From Bdellovibrionales bacterium (lineage in GTDB: Bacteria > Bdellovibrionota > Bdellovibrionia > Bdellovibrionales > UBA1609), in assembly GCA_043764155.1 (NCBI GenBank), contig JAYUKW010000033.1:6126-70125 (forward strand): 64,000 nucleotides of DNA, given 5' to 3'. Under the pieces are notes generated by a model. The model was not told the origin of the DNA, searched no databases, and saw only the letters and a list, made by a program, of their open reading frames with translations. This document shows, one piece after another, positions 31,242-39,674 of the stretch (the stretch's first letter is position 1; the number at the start of each line of letters is the position of its first letter). A program made the translations under genes and the position numbers.

Positions 31242-31589
31242 CTATAGATCCAAGAAATCTTTAACGGTTAATTTAGTTTTCTCTTGGATAGCTTCTGGAA
31301 TTTCACCTAAGTCGGTCCGAAAAAGGGAATTATCCCAAGCTAAGATTTGATCGACAATAATTTCTGACTCTTTATCTAAACCGCATATATTTTTAGGTAA
31401 CTTAATTCTAAAAGGAAAATTTTCTTCTTTAAAAATATTGCTAGTTATTGGTAAAATAACTGAAGACTTTAAGCCAGCATCAGATATTTCTGTAGGTTGA
31501 ATACATAAGTATGGACGCTATTTTCCAGGCTTAGTCCCAACCCTTGGTTTTAGATCAACTACATAAATATGCCATCTTTTTGGTATCAT
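31242..31589 (-). pseudogene. mazF: mazF/pemK-like toxin gene with a single in-frame amber codon
   Basis: Own translation gives MIPKRWHIYVVDLKPRVGTKPGK*RPYLCIQPTEISDAGLKSSVILPITSNIF...EIIVDQILAWDNSLF...KDFLDL*. There are 115 codons, with TAG at codon 24 (complement of 31518-31520). No intact antitoxin ORF lies upstream. Confidence 0.75.
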
Positions 31590-31789
31590 CAAAGGCCTTT
31601 AAATCTTTTTGAATTTAAGGAAAATTCTTTTTGAGTTTTGCTAGAGCTTTCCGAAACGACCTTGGCATTTTTTTTCCAGCGCGCTATTCGTGCACTTTTC
31701 TCGACTTCAAATTCTAAAAGCACAAGTGCTTATGAATAAGGGGCTTTTTTTACATTCTAACGACTTATTTAACTAGGATTACATGTATT

Positions 31790-31938
31790 GATGTTGAGAT
31801 TAATACTGCCATAAATAAGAAAAATAAGACCCAAAAATAAAGCGCCTAGGCACCCTGGATAAATTCCACAAAGAATGTTTATCGATCACGTGGGACTTAA
31901 CCAATCTAAACTTGCGCATCACTTGGGATGGACGCCAG
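31790..31938 (+). pseudogene. decayed higB(3' end)-higA(5' part) remnant, copy 1
   Basis: 31845-31938 is identical to 32702-32795. Upstream, GATGTTGAGATTAATACTGCCATAAATAA is a degraded version of GATGTCGAAATCACAGATTATCATAAATAA. It carries the same in-frame TAA after HPG as copy 2. Confidence 0.55.
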
Positions 31939-31955
31939 GAAAAATAAATATAGAC

Positions 31956-31975
31956 ATAGTGTAATATAGTGTAAT
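31956..31975. promoter_or_regulatory. tandem 10-bp repeat upstream of brnT (possible promoter/operator)
   Basis: ATAGTGTAAT occurs twice, 15 nt upstream of the brnT ATG, and contains TAATAT -10-like hexamers. Confidence 0.3.
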
Positions 31976-31990
31976 ATATTTAACTTTAAT

Positions 31991-32335
31991 ATGGCAAATT
32001 TTAGATTTATTCATTGGTTAGCTGATTGGATTGAAAGTCAGACATATTTTGTTTTCGAATGGGATCTGGGTAATCGCACAAAGAATTTAACTAAACATGG
32101 AATTACTGTTGATGACGCAGAATCTGTATTTAACCAGTTAGAATCTATTAGAGCTCTTGGTGAACAAATTAGCCCCACTGTAAATGAACCTAGATATGGA
32201 ATTCTTGGTTTAACAGATAATTTAAATCATGTGTTTATATGCTTTACTATACGTGGTTCTGGAATCCGTATTATCCACATTAGAAAAATGAACAAAAAAG
32301 AAAGAGGTTTATATGCCAAATTATGTGAAGAATGA
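31991..32335 (+). CDS. brnT: BrnT toxin (DUF497 ribonuclease)
   Basis: 114 aa. FEWDLGNRTKNLTKHGITVDDAESVF...EPRYGILG...VFICFTIRGSGIRIIHIRKMNKKERGLY matches the DUF497 pattern. Overlaps brnA by 23 nt. Confidence 0.85.
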   Translation: MANFRFIHWLADWIESQTYFVFEWDLGNRTKNLTKHGITVDDAESVFNQLESIRALGEQISPTVNEPRYGILGLTDNLNHVFICFTIRGSGIRIIHIRKMNKKERGLYAKLCEE

Positions 32336-32549
32336 AAAAGGTTACGCCAACATTAAGTTCAATGCTAAGGCCGTCAAAGATGCATATTCCAAGGCTAAAA
32401 CTAAGCGCAAGCATCCAACCAGTGTTAATCTACCTGAAGAAGTTATCACAGCCCTAAAGGCTTTAGCTTTAAAGATGGACGTTCCGTATCAAACCCTTAT
32501 GCGTAAATTTATTATCGAAGGTCTTACCAAAAGAAAACGGAGCGCTTGA
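32313..32549 (+). CDS. brnA: BrnA antitoxin (CopG/RHH-like)
   Basis: 78 aa. ..TSVNLPEEVITALKALALKMDVPYQTLMRKFIIEGL.. is the typical BrnA C-terminal pattern. Confidence 0.8.
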   Translation: MPNYVKNEKGYANIKFNAKAVKDAYSKAKTKRKHPTSVNLPEEVITALKALALKMDVPYQTLMRKFIIEGLTKRKRSA

Positions 32550-32590
32550 GCTAGCTGGTGATCATCTTTTAAATTTAAGCATTAAATTAG

Positions 32591-32668
32591 CTCGATCAAT
32601 GGCGAATTATTTTTAAATGGGACGGAACAAATTCCATAGATGTCGAAATCACAGATTATCATAAATAA
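32591..32668 (+). pseudogene. 3' remnant of a plasmid-killer-type higB (PF05015-like) toxin gene
   Basis: The frame reads LDQWRIIFKWDGTNSIDVEITDYHK*, matching the conserved C-terminus of HigB killer proteins (..QWRI.F.W..G....V.I.DYH). The 5' two-thirds of the gene are missing. Confidence 0.65.
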
Positions 32669-32680
32669 GGAGAATTAAAG

Positions 32681-32836
32681 ATGAGACCAAAAAATAGAGC
32701 ACCTAGGCACCCTGGATAAATTCCACAAAGAATGTTTATCGATCACGTGGGACTTAACCAATCTAAACTTGCGCATCACTTGGGATGGACGCCAGCAGAA
32801 CAAACTCATAAGAAAATTCATGCTATTAGTGCCTAA
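32681..32836 (+). pseudogene. truncated higA-like HTH antitoxin gene with an in-frame TAA, copy 2
   Basis: MRPKNRAPRHPG*IPQRMFIDHVGLNQSKLAHHLGWTPAEQTHKKIHAISA*. The HPGE(I/L)L motif is interrupted by TAA at 32717-32719. The ORF is about half normal HigA length. Confidence 0.6.
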
Positions 32837-33694
32837 TTAAAAAATATAATTTACACCAACAGACCACTGGGACGTCACCGCATCAAAGGTCGTAAAATCA
32901 ACGCCGCCATTTTGTTCTAAAGTGTTTGTGTGATCAAAGGCAAGTGTTCCAACCCAATTGTTGTTGTAGGCATAATTAAATGTCAGTCCATACCAGAAGT
33001 CATTGTTACTTGTATTTCCAGAACCAAATGTTGACGACGGGCCAAGCTTTTCAAATTGACGATTTAAATAAAAAGCATATCCGGATAAAGAAAACTTAGA
33101 ATTAAAATTATAATTTAATACAGACTGAAAGGTCGTTCTAAAAAGTGGTAAGGGCGATCCAAGTCCTTCATCTCCGGGACCGGTTGATGTGGTTGTGTAT
33201 TGATTCACAAAAAGCATCGCTTCAGCCCCAAGTCCGATTGATAGCTTGTTGTCGAAAAACATCCAATTATTTCTAAATCTAAAATCTGGTCGAGTGATTA
33301 AGCCATTTCTTCTGGACAGCTCTGACACTGGTAATGTTAAAAATGCTCTAACTTGGAGTGATCCACCTAAGACATCTTTAAAAATCTTAAGAGCTCCGAC
33401 TTGTGTATCTGCAAAAATAATTTCAGGTTCATTTTCGTCAGCCACATAATAGACTTTGCTTGCATTTTGATTGGCAAATAAAATCACTTTATCAATTTTA
33501 TAGTTGATTTGACCAAACATCAGCGTAGAGGGTTCGTTTCGTTGATCACCAAACCCTGCGTAGTGCTGAAGTAATGCAAAGCCCGAATACCGGCTTGGCT
33601 TTGCAGACTGAGAACTGGCCTGAAGGGCGTTGTCCAAAGTCTGCGCCTTAGCACTAAAACTAAATAATAAAATGAATATAATTTTTATTGGCAT
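32837..33694 (-). CDS. small outer-membrane beta-barrel protein (last gene of the protease operon)
   Basis: 285 aa with a signal peptide. Alternating beta-strand pattern and C-terminal ...WSVGVNYIF with a terminal Phe. 10-nt overlap with the upstream gene. Confidence 0.6.
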   Translation of the reverse strand: MPIKIIFILLFSFSAKAQTLDNALQASSQSAKPSRYSGFALLQHYAGFGDQRNEPSTLMFGQINYKIDKVILFANQNASKVYYVADENEPEIIFADTQVGALKIFKDVLGGSLQVRAFLTLPVSELSRRNGLITRPDFRFRNNWMFFDNKLSIGLGAEAMLFVNQYTTTSTGPGDEGLGSPLPLFRTTFQSVLNYNFNSKFSLSGYAFYLNRQFEKLGPSSTFGSGNTSNNDFWYGLTFNYAYNNNWVGTLAFDHTNTLEQNGGVDFTTFDAVTSQWSVGVNYIF

Positions 33695-36600
33695 ATGTCT
33701 TCTGTGCCTAAAATTTCGTTGTAGAAATATCTTAAGTCGCGAAGGTCTTGATAGTAGCGGCCTAAAGCGTCTTTATCAGTTCCATCTCCACGTAAGTACT
33801 CGTCTGATAGATTTTTAATAACACTAAAGGCAATGTCATTTTCAGCTTTAGACGCCACGTATACATATTTTTTGTCTACAAATGCAATTCCCAAATCCCC
33901 GGACATAATCGAATACTCTGTGTCTTGGAATTGAGCCGTTGGATAAACACCCTCTAGCTCTGATTCAATATTTAAAACATCAGCCACAAGTGGTGTCATG
34001 AACGTTGTGGTTCTGTACTTATATCTTAGCGGATCAATTCCAAAAAGATTTTTAAAATCACTAACTTTGTAACATGACATTTTAAGTCTACGCTTTAACA
34101 CATCCGTATTTTGATTGACCACATTCATAATATTCTGAGTGTAGAGCATACGGTTATAGGTGATAAACCAAGGGTCTGCTTGCACACGTCTAGATAATAA
34201 ATCTAAAGACACATCTTCTAAAGTTCCAACAATGTCTGGATCATTGTAATAAACTAAGTAGGACGCCACACTGGATGGCACGTTGGGATTGTAAAAGAAC
34301 CCGTCGTCCCCAAGAAGAAAGTAAGTCGCATAAAACTTATCTGAAAACGTTCCTTTTCTAAGTAATGTTCCTGTAGGCTCATCATAAAAGGAGTAGTAAT
34401 TTCTTTCAGCCCCACTTTGCTGCAAGATTGCATTATAGAAAGCAATCGACAGTTTAATGGCACGTTTTAAATCCGTTTGAACGAAATCTAAAATTGTATC
34501 TTGCTGTCTTGAATCTGCACCCACTGATTTAAATAAATCTTTAATTTTACTATTGTAAATCGTGAATGAATCTTGATCAAAAAGAATAAATCTTTTGATT
34601 TCCCACAGAGCTGAAAAAACACGGCTGTCGTATCCAGCCGCATTCCAATAAGGTCGACCAAAGCGGCGATTTCTTGTCCAGTAACCACGTTGGAAGTTAT
34701 CAATCATACTCATGACAATTTCAGTTGGTGTGGATCCAGTATCATAAGCATTACACATCGCATTTGTTGAACGATGTTCGTCTGTGCAGTACAAGAAATG
34801 TTTTTTCTGACCCGCAAGAGGATGGGTAGAGGCATACACATCATTGGTGTGATCTATGCGTCCACCTGTGTATAGAAATGAAATCGCAGCATTGTCATAA
34901 TTTTCCCACTCATATTTAGTGTGAATTTCAGACTGAATATTTAAATAATCCATCACGCTTGAACTTGTTTGGGGATATTTCTTTTCAACTACTGCGCCAG
35001 CTTCATTTACTTTTAAAACTTGGTCTTCATGGAAGTTAGAATGATCCACACTTCCAAAAAAGTTATGACGTAGACCTAAATTATGACCAAATTCATGAAT
35101 GGCCACACGATATAAAATAGAATCCACAACTTGATCTATGGTCATGCTTTCGAGCATTTCAGGCACGCCTTCAAGTGTTCCTTGAAGTTCAGTAATATTA
35201 AGATCATTTTTATTTGAATGTCGAATCGCATCTACATACGCTTTTGCATGAGCTTGAGCACTTTCCATCGCTTGAAGCATGTCATTGTTCATCACCCCAC
35301 TAAATCTACTTTTAATATCATCAATGTCTTTGAAATTATAAAGCTTAGGATAGTTTAAGGGATAAATTAATTCGCCTGTTTCACTGTAATTAATTTCTGT
35401 TGTGTACTTTGCAAAATAAGGGGGCGTGTACAATAAACCTGGAAGCATTCGTTTAAACTTTTGACCCACTTCTGTTGAAGGCTGAATAAGTTTAGACGTA
35501 CTGACCCAACCAGAAATCGTGTCTTGCCAACTCCCCTTTTGACCACCTAAAACTTCGGCCATCTCTGAGTAAATTTGCAGATCAGATCCTTCAACACCAC
35601 TTCGTTTCATCTCTTCAGCTAGTCGTCTAACATAATATTCTAAGTACCCAGTCCAAATCATAGAATTGGCTGCAACTAACTCGCCCGTAAATGGATTGTC
35701 ATCCGATGGGCCATATCCGAGGGGACTTGTGGGTTCAACCTCTGTGATGAATTTTATGAATGAATATCTGGTATCCCCAAACACTACGCCTTCAGGCGCA
35801 TCCTCAATTTCAAACTGCATCGCTTGTTTAAATTCAGGATGTAAATCTAAAACTTCAGCTTGAGTCAAATTTGGGTACTTAGCCAATACTTCTGGAAACT
35901 TTTCAGTTTTCATTCTGTTAAAAGCGCCCAATAAAACTTTATTTGTTTGATCAAATACACCTGATATAGGCTTGCCTTCTGGGTCCATTTTGTTTGCATC
36001 TGTTTTATAAATCCATTTGAATCTTTCTGGAAATCCCGGAGCAAAATAAAACTTATGAACTGGTTGCGCCGGATTAAATCGGTTCGCAAACTCTTTCACT
36101 TTTCTGTTCGTAACATCTGTGGCCGCATCTTCATATGCCGTTGTGAAGTAACCATACTTTTGAAATAAAGGATCTAGTTCTGAATTATAAACTACTGGCT
36201 CGTAAGGATGCTCGTTGGCTTCCATTTTTTTAAATGAAAATAAATAATCCACTTGGTAAGTGAAATTTTCACGAAGGTATTCACGTAGATCCGCACATCC
36301 ACCTTTTGATGGATCAACACTAAACACTTTTCTAACAACAAAGCTCATGTAGTCTTTTTCGATTTTTCTAGACTCATCAATAACTTCAGAGCTGTTATTC
36401 GTCCAACATCTTTTATTAGGCATCGAAAACGGAAAGAACGCATCCTGGTTGATTGTCTGATTTGAAAAATCAACTGTGAAGTAATCCTTATTTTGCCAGC
36501 GCTCAAATAAATTTTCTACCAACGTGTTTGTGGTTCTTCCGTCTAGCTCTTGATAACGGTATTCCGAATGGTCTACTGGCCATTCATAAACTAAGTCGTC

Positions 36601-36981
36601 GTACTTGGCGGCGTCCAATCCAACACGATTATTGACAGCACTCCGAAATTGCAAATGCTTTCTTGAAAACACAAAGTAACCAGCATTTAAACGGCCCTGA
36701 TAACCCGTAAAAGAAAAACCATCGTTAGACGATGTATTTACAATTGTGATTTTGTTTAACCAGATAGCGCCTTGGTTAAAATCTTTATTTTCAGGATCAA
36801 ACTGTTCAGAGTATGGTCTTAAGTCATTACTTTTTGTAGCAGCAAGACCTGTTAAAAGTTGCTTTTCAATTCGGTCTTGGTTGGCATCACCAGGCACATT
36901 CGTTTCGCGCACTTTCGCACAGCCTAAAGACATTACAAAAGCCGATCCAAATAGAATTTGTATTAAGAAGGTTTTATTCAT
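33685..36981 (-). CDS. large zinc metalloprotease lipoprotein (Met-zincin, DUF4953-like)
   Basis: 1098 aa. Lipobox VMSLGCAK. Zinc motif VAIHEFGHNLGLRHNFFGS followed by TSSSVMDY, the pattern of the DUF4953/Met-zincin family by recollection. Confidence 0.8.
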   Translation of the reverse strand: MNKTFLIQILFGSAFVMSLGCAKVRETNVPGDANQDRIEKQLLTGLAATKSNDLRPYSEQFDPENKDFNQGAIWLNKITIVNTSSNDGFSFTGYQGRLNAGYFVFSRKHLQFRSAVNNRVGLDAAKYDDLVYEWPVDHSEYRYQELDGRTTNTLVENLFERWQNKDYFTVDFSNQTINQDAFFPFSMPNKRCWTNNSSEVIDESRKIEKDYMSFVVRKVFSVDPSKGGCADLREYLRENFTYQVDYLFSFKKMEANEHPYEPVVYNSELDPLFQKYGYFTTAYEDAATDVTNRKVKEFANRFNPAQPVHKFYFAPGFPERFKWIYKTDANKMDPEGKPISGVFDQTNKVLLGAFNRMKTEKFPEVLAKYPNLTQAEVLDLHPEFKQAMQFEIEDAPEGVVFGDTRYSFIKFITEVEPTSPLGYGPSDDNPFTGELVAANSMIWTGYLEYYVRRLAEEMKRSGVEGSDLQIYSEMAEVLGGQKGSWQDTISGWVSTSKLIQPSTEVGQKFKRMLPGLLYTPPYFAKYTTEINYSETGELIYPLNYPKLYNFKDIDDIKSRFSGVMNNDMLQAMESAQAHAKAYVDAIRHSNKNDLNITELQGTLEGVPEMLESMTIDQVVDSILYRVAIHEFGHNLGLRHNFFGSVDHSNFHEDQVLKVNEAGAVVEKKYPQTSSSVMDYLNIQSEIHTKYEWENYDNAAISFLYTGGRIDHTNDVYASTHPLAGQKKHFLYCTDEHRSTNAMCNAYDTGSTPTEIVMSMIDNFQRGYWTRNRRFGRPYWNAAGYDSRVFSALWEIKRFILFDQDSFTIYNSKIKDLFKSVGADSRQQDTILDFVQTDLKRAIKLSIAFYNAILQQSGAERNYYSFYDEPTGTLLRKGTFSDKFYATYFLLGDDGFFYNPNVPSSVASYLVYYNDPDIVGTLEDVSLDLLSRRVQADPWFITYNRMLYTQNIMNVVNQNTDVLKRRLKMSCYKVSDFKNLFGIDPLRYKYRTTTFMTPLVADVLNIESELEGVYPTAQFQDTEYSIMSGDLGIAFVDKKYVYVASKAENDIAFSVIKNLSDEYLRGDGTDKDALGRYYQDLRDLRYFYNEILGTEDICQ

Positions 36982-39217
36982 AAACAGTTACTCCTGTGAA
37001 AAGCTTTTCAGTAAATATCAATTTGATTTTTTGATTTGGGAAGAACATCTGATCATACTCGCCGTCTTCAGCATCGTTACCTCGACCGAAAAACGAGCAC
37101 GATGTGTTTTTAGACTTAGATTCTGCCACAATTAAAGTACGAGATTCAATATAGCTTGAGTCCCTTGGAATTAGTTGATCAAAACCACAAAGCCCACGTA
37201 TTCCTATTGGATTTAAGTGGCTGGTGATAGCAGAGACTTTAAATTTAACTTGAGACGCGCCGTAGGGATTTGGATCTAAAGGAGTTAGGCCAAACGAGAG
37301 TCTGCTGACACCTGTTACGGTCCACACATTTAAAATTTCTGTTTCGTTGTCAGCATAAGAGACTCGGATGTAACCTCTGGGCTCGAAGCTGACTTTGATA
37401 GATTTTGTTGTTTGATCCACAGTATTTGTTTGCACAAAGCTGGCTTCCTTTCTTAACCAATCAATATCTTGCAAAGTCACTTCTTCACCAAGTTTAAATC
37501 CTTGAAGTGTTGTTGCATCTACAACCGTATTTACGGGCGCAGTCGGTGATAATGATGCCGGTGTAGTCGCCGTCGGTGAAGCTGCAGGAACGGATGGATT
37601 TAAAACAGGTCCCGATATTGCGCTTGTCACAGGTGCTGGAAGTAAATTAATTTCTTGTTCAAATAAATTTGCCACCTGTGGCAAAAATGGATCAAAGCTG
37701 ATTTCTTTTAATACTTGTAAGTAACCATTTTTAACCGACATACCAACGAAAATATATCCAGATTCAGTTATAACATTGCTTGATAGTAAAGGATCAGCGG
37801 CTTGTCCATAGTAATAGATAGTCACATTGATCCACTTACCCGAAGCTGGACGAGATTCTAGGCCATCATAGCGAACTGACATTTTAATATCAGTCGTGAA
37901 TTTTGATTCTAATTTTTTAATTATCAGTTTTTCTAAGTTATCTAAGATCTTCACTTGCAGGTCATACTTATCTGCTAAAAATGGGACTTGTGTTCTTAAT
38001 AAAAATTCATCTGATTTTAAATTTTTATCAGGCGACAGCACCACATCCCCTTGGGCTGTGATTTTAATGTACTCTCCGTCTAATTTAAATTGCCCAGGGT
38101 AACTTCCAAACATGCTGACCCCACCAAAAATATTTTCATCTTTGGCTTCAATTGGTGATAAGTAAGCACTTGTTAAGGACAAACTTAAGGGCTGTACGAA
38201 ATTGGCTGGGATCGGCATAACACTAAAAGCGTCAGGACGATAAACCCAAACATTAACACCATCATAGTCTTTTCTAAAATTTGTGACCCCAATTGTCGAT
38301 TCGACATCTTGAACTTCACCTTTGGATTTTACATCACCCCACGACTGACCTAATCGGACTTCCTTTGGCGCCGTCGTTGCCAAATTAGCAGCTCCGTCAG
38401 AAAATGTATTATTTAAAAGGTCAAAGTCTGAAGTTAAAATACCTGAATCAAATTTATTTTCTAATAGAACTAAGAAAAGTTGTTTACCACCTTCTTTAGA
38501 CAATTGAAAAAAGATATTTGGTAATCGCCAAATAATAGCGTCTTCAACTTCTCTGGCTTCACACTTTCCAGCTTGAATACAGCTGAAATTAGGGTCTTCA
38601 ATGTCAAAGAATTCACGGTAAAGGTTTTCAACAATAGATTTACCTACGGCGTCCCCGGGCTCAAAGAATCGAGTCAGGTCTGCACCCATACGAATTTTAC
38701 CGATTGGTGCAGGTAATTCAATTTCACCTAAATAGTTTTTTACAATAATTATTTGGGTTGGCTTTTGAGTTCCATCTTTTTGCCATTCAATACACATCCC
38801 TTCATCGTAAAAGTACCCACAGTCATATTCTGTGGGATCACTTAAAATATCAGTCGCCTCATCTAATGTGGTTTTAAAATTAATTCCAGCAAGACCTGAA
38901 TTATTTGGGTTTATCCCATCAAATAAAATTGGTTTTTTAGAATTCACTTCTGTTAAGTCATCTCTTTCGTTGTCTAGGCCTTCTCTGGGATCAAATCCAG
39001 TGTTCGGATCACGATCGGCGACGTTCCCAGGTATGAAATCTCTGTCATCAACTTCTGTTGGTGACACACCTTCATCTAAGGGATTTGTGTTGATCACAGG
39101 ATTAGGTACACCTTTACCTTCGGGAAGTTGGTCTTTTTGATCACTGCATGAACTTAAAAATAAAACTGCAGAAAGAATTGCAAATAATAAAATGGGATTG
39201 ATTTTACTTTTGATCAC
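36974..39217 (-). CDS. 747-aa lipoprotein of unknown function (first gene of the protease operon)
   Basis: Lipobox FLSSCSDQ and an acidic D/E/P/N-rich linker. No catalytic motif recognised. 8-nt overlap with the metalloprotease gene. Confidence 0.6.
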   Translation of the reverse strand: MIKSKINPILLFAILSAVLFLSSCSDQKDQLPEGKGVPNPVINTNPLDEGVSPTEVDDRDFIPGNVADRDPNTGFDPREGLDNERDDLTEVNSKKPILFDGINPNNSGLAGINFKTTLDEATDILSDPTEYDCGYFYDEGMCIEWQKDGTQKPTQIIIVKNYLGEIELPAPIGKIRMGADLTRFFEPGDAVGKSIVENLYREFFDIEDPNFSCIQAGKCEAREVEDAIIWRLPNIFFQLSKEGGKQLFLVLLENKFDSGILTSDFDLLNNTFSDGAANLATTAPKEVRLGQSWGDVKSKGEVQDVESTIGVTNFRKDYDGVNVWVYRPDAFSVMPIPANFVQPLSLSLTSAYLSPIEAKDENIFGGVSMFGSYPGQFKLDGEYIKITAQGDVVLSPDKNLKSDEFLLRTQVPFLADKYDLQVKILDNLEKLIIKKLESKFTTDIKMSVRYDGLESRPASGKWINVTIYYYGQAADPLLSSNVITESGYIFVGMSVKNGYLQVLKEISFDPFLPQVANLFEQEINLLPAPVTSAISGPVLNPSVPAASPTATTPASLSPTAPVNTVVDATTLQGFKLGEEVTLQDIDWLRKEASFVQTNTVDQTTKSIKVSFEPRGYIRVSYADNETEILNVWTVTGVSRLSFGLTPLDPNPYGASQVKFKVSAITSHLNPIGIRGLCGFDQLIPRDSSYIESRTLIVAESKSKNTSCSFFGRGNDAEDGEYDQMFFPNQKIKLIFTEKLFTGVTVYE

Positions 39218-39674
39218 TGGCCCCCCGATAGATCATAAATATTTGGTTTGGTGTATGTGAGTCGTTCGAGAACATAAACCTTAATTTTTTTCTGTGCGCC
39301 TTCACATAAATTAAAGTTTAAGATTCTGTTAGAATTTAAACTTTATTGAGTTAAGCCGCCTTCGTTGTTTTACTAGACTAAAATCTAGCACGTGGGTTTT
39401 TTTAAAGGCAATGACGCTCCACTACAGCAACCCCCAAATGATAAAGTCCAAGGCCAGAAGTGGGCTTAGAAGACATGAGCTAAATCTAGATTTTATATTT
39501 TTAAATCAGGCTTGGTAAAGATCGGCTTATTTGGCATAGGATAAGTTAAAATCTTAAAAAGGCTTAAATTTAAAATATACAAAGACTTATCCAATTCAAC
39601 TAAAAGAATGAGATATTCAGACTATTAAGGGCTTAGTAAAAAGAAATCGCAAAGTCGATCCACTTCATCAGAAT

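Noticed and set aside
31590-31760. Intact mazE-like antitoxin upstream of the mazF pseudogene
   Set aside because: The only frame terminating at the mazF start (…NSKRFKGL*) is open for 17 codons after a TAG and has no start codon. Only debris remains.
31845-32795. Could the direct repeats flanking brnTA be integron attC sites (a VCR-like cassette)?
   Set aside because: The repeat has no internal imperfect palindrome or GTTRRRY core sites. It reads in-frame as the 5' part of a higA-like gene preceded by a higB 3' end. No intI is in the window.
36746-37135. Antisense or overlapping short ORFs inside long genes (for example 36746..37135, 38832..39140, 40192..40566, 19340..19594, 24681..24929, 26284..26520, 29637..29858, 33246..33449, 47154..47432, 43095..43355, 59616..59858)
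   Set aside because: Each lies wholly within, or antisense to, a much longer ORF with recognisable motifs or coherent signal-peptide/TM architecture. They have no motifs of their own and arise at the frequency expected in AT-rich DNA.
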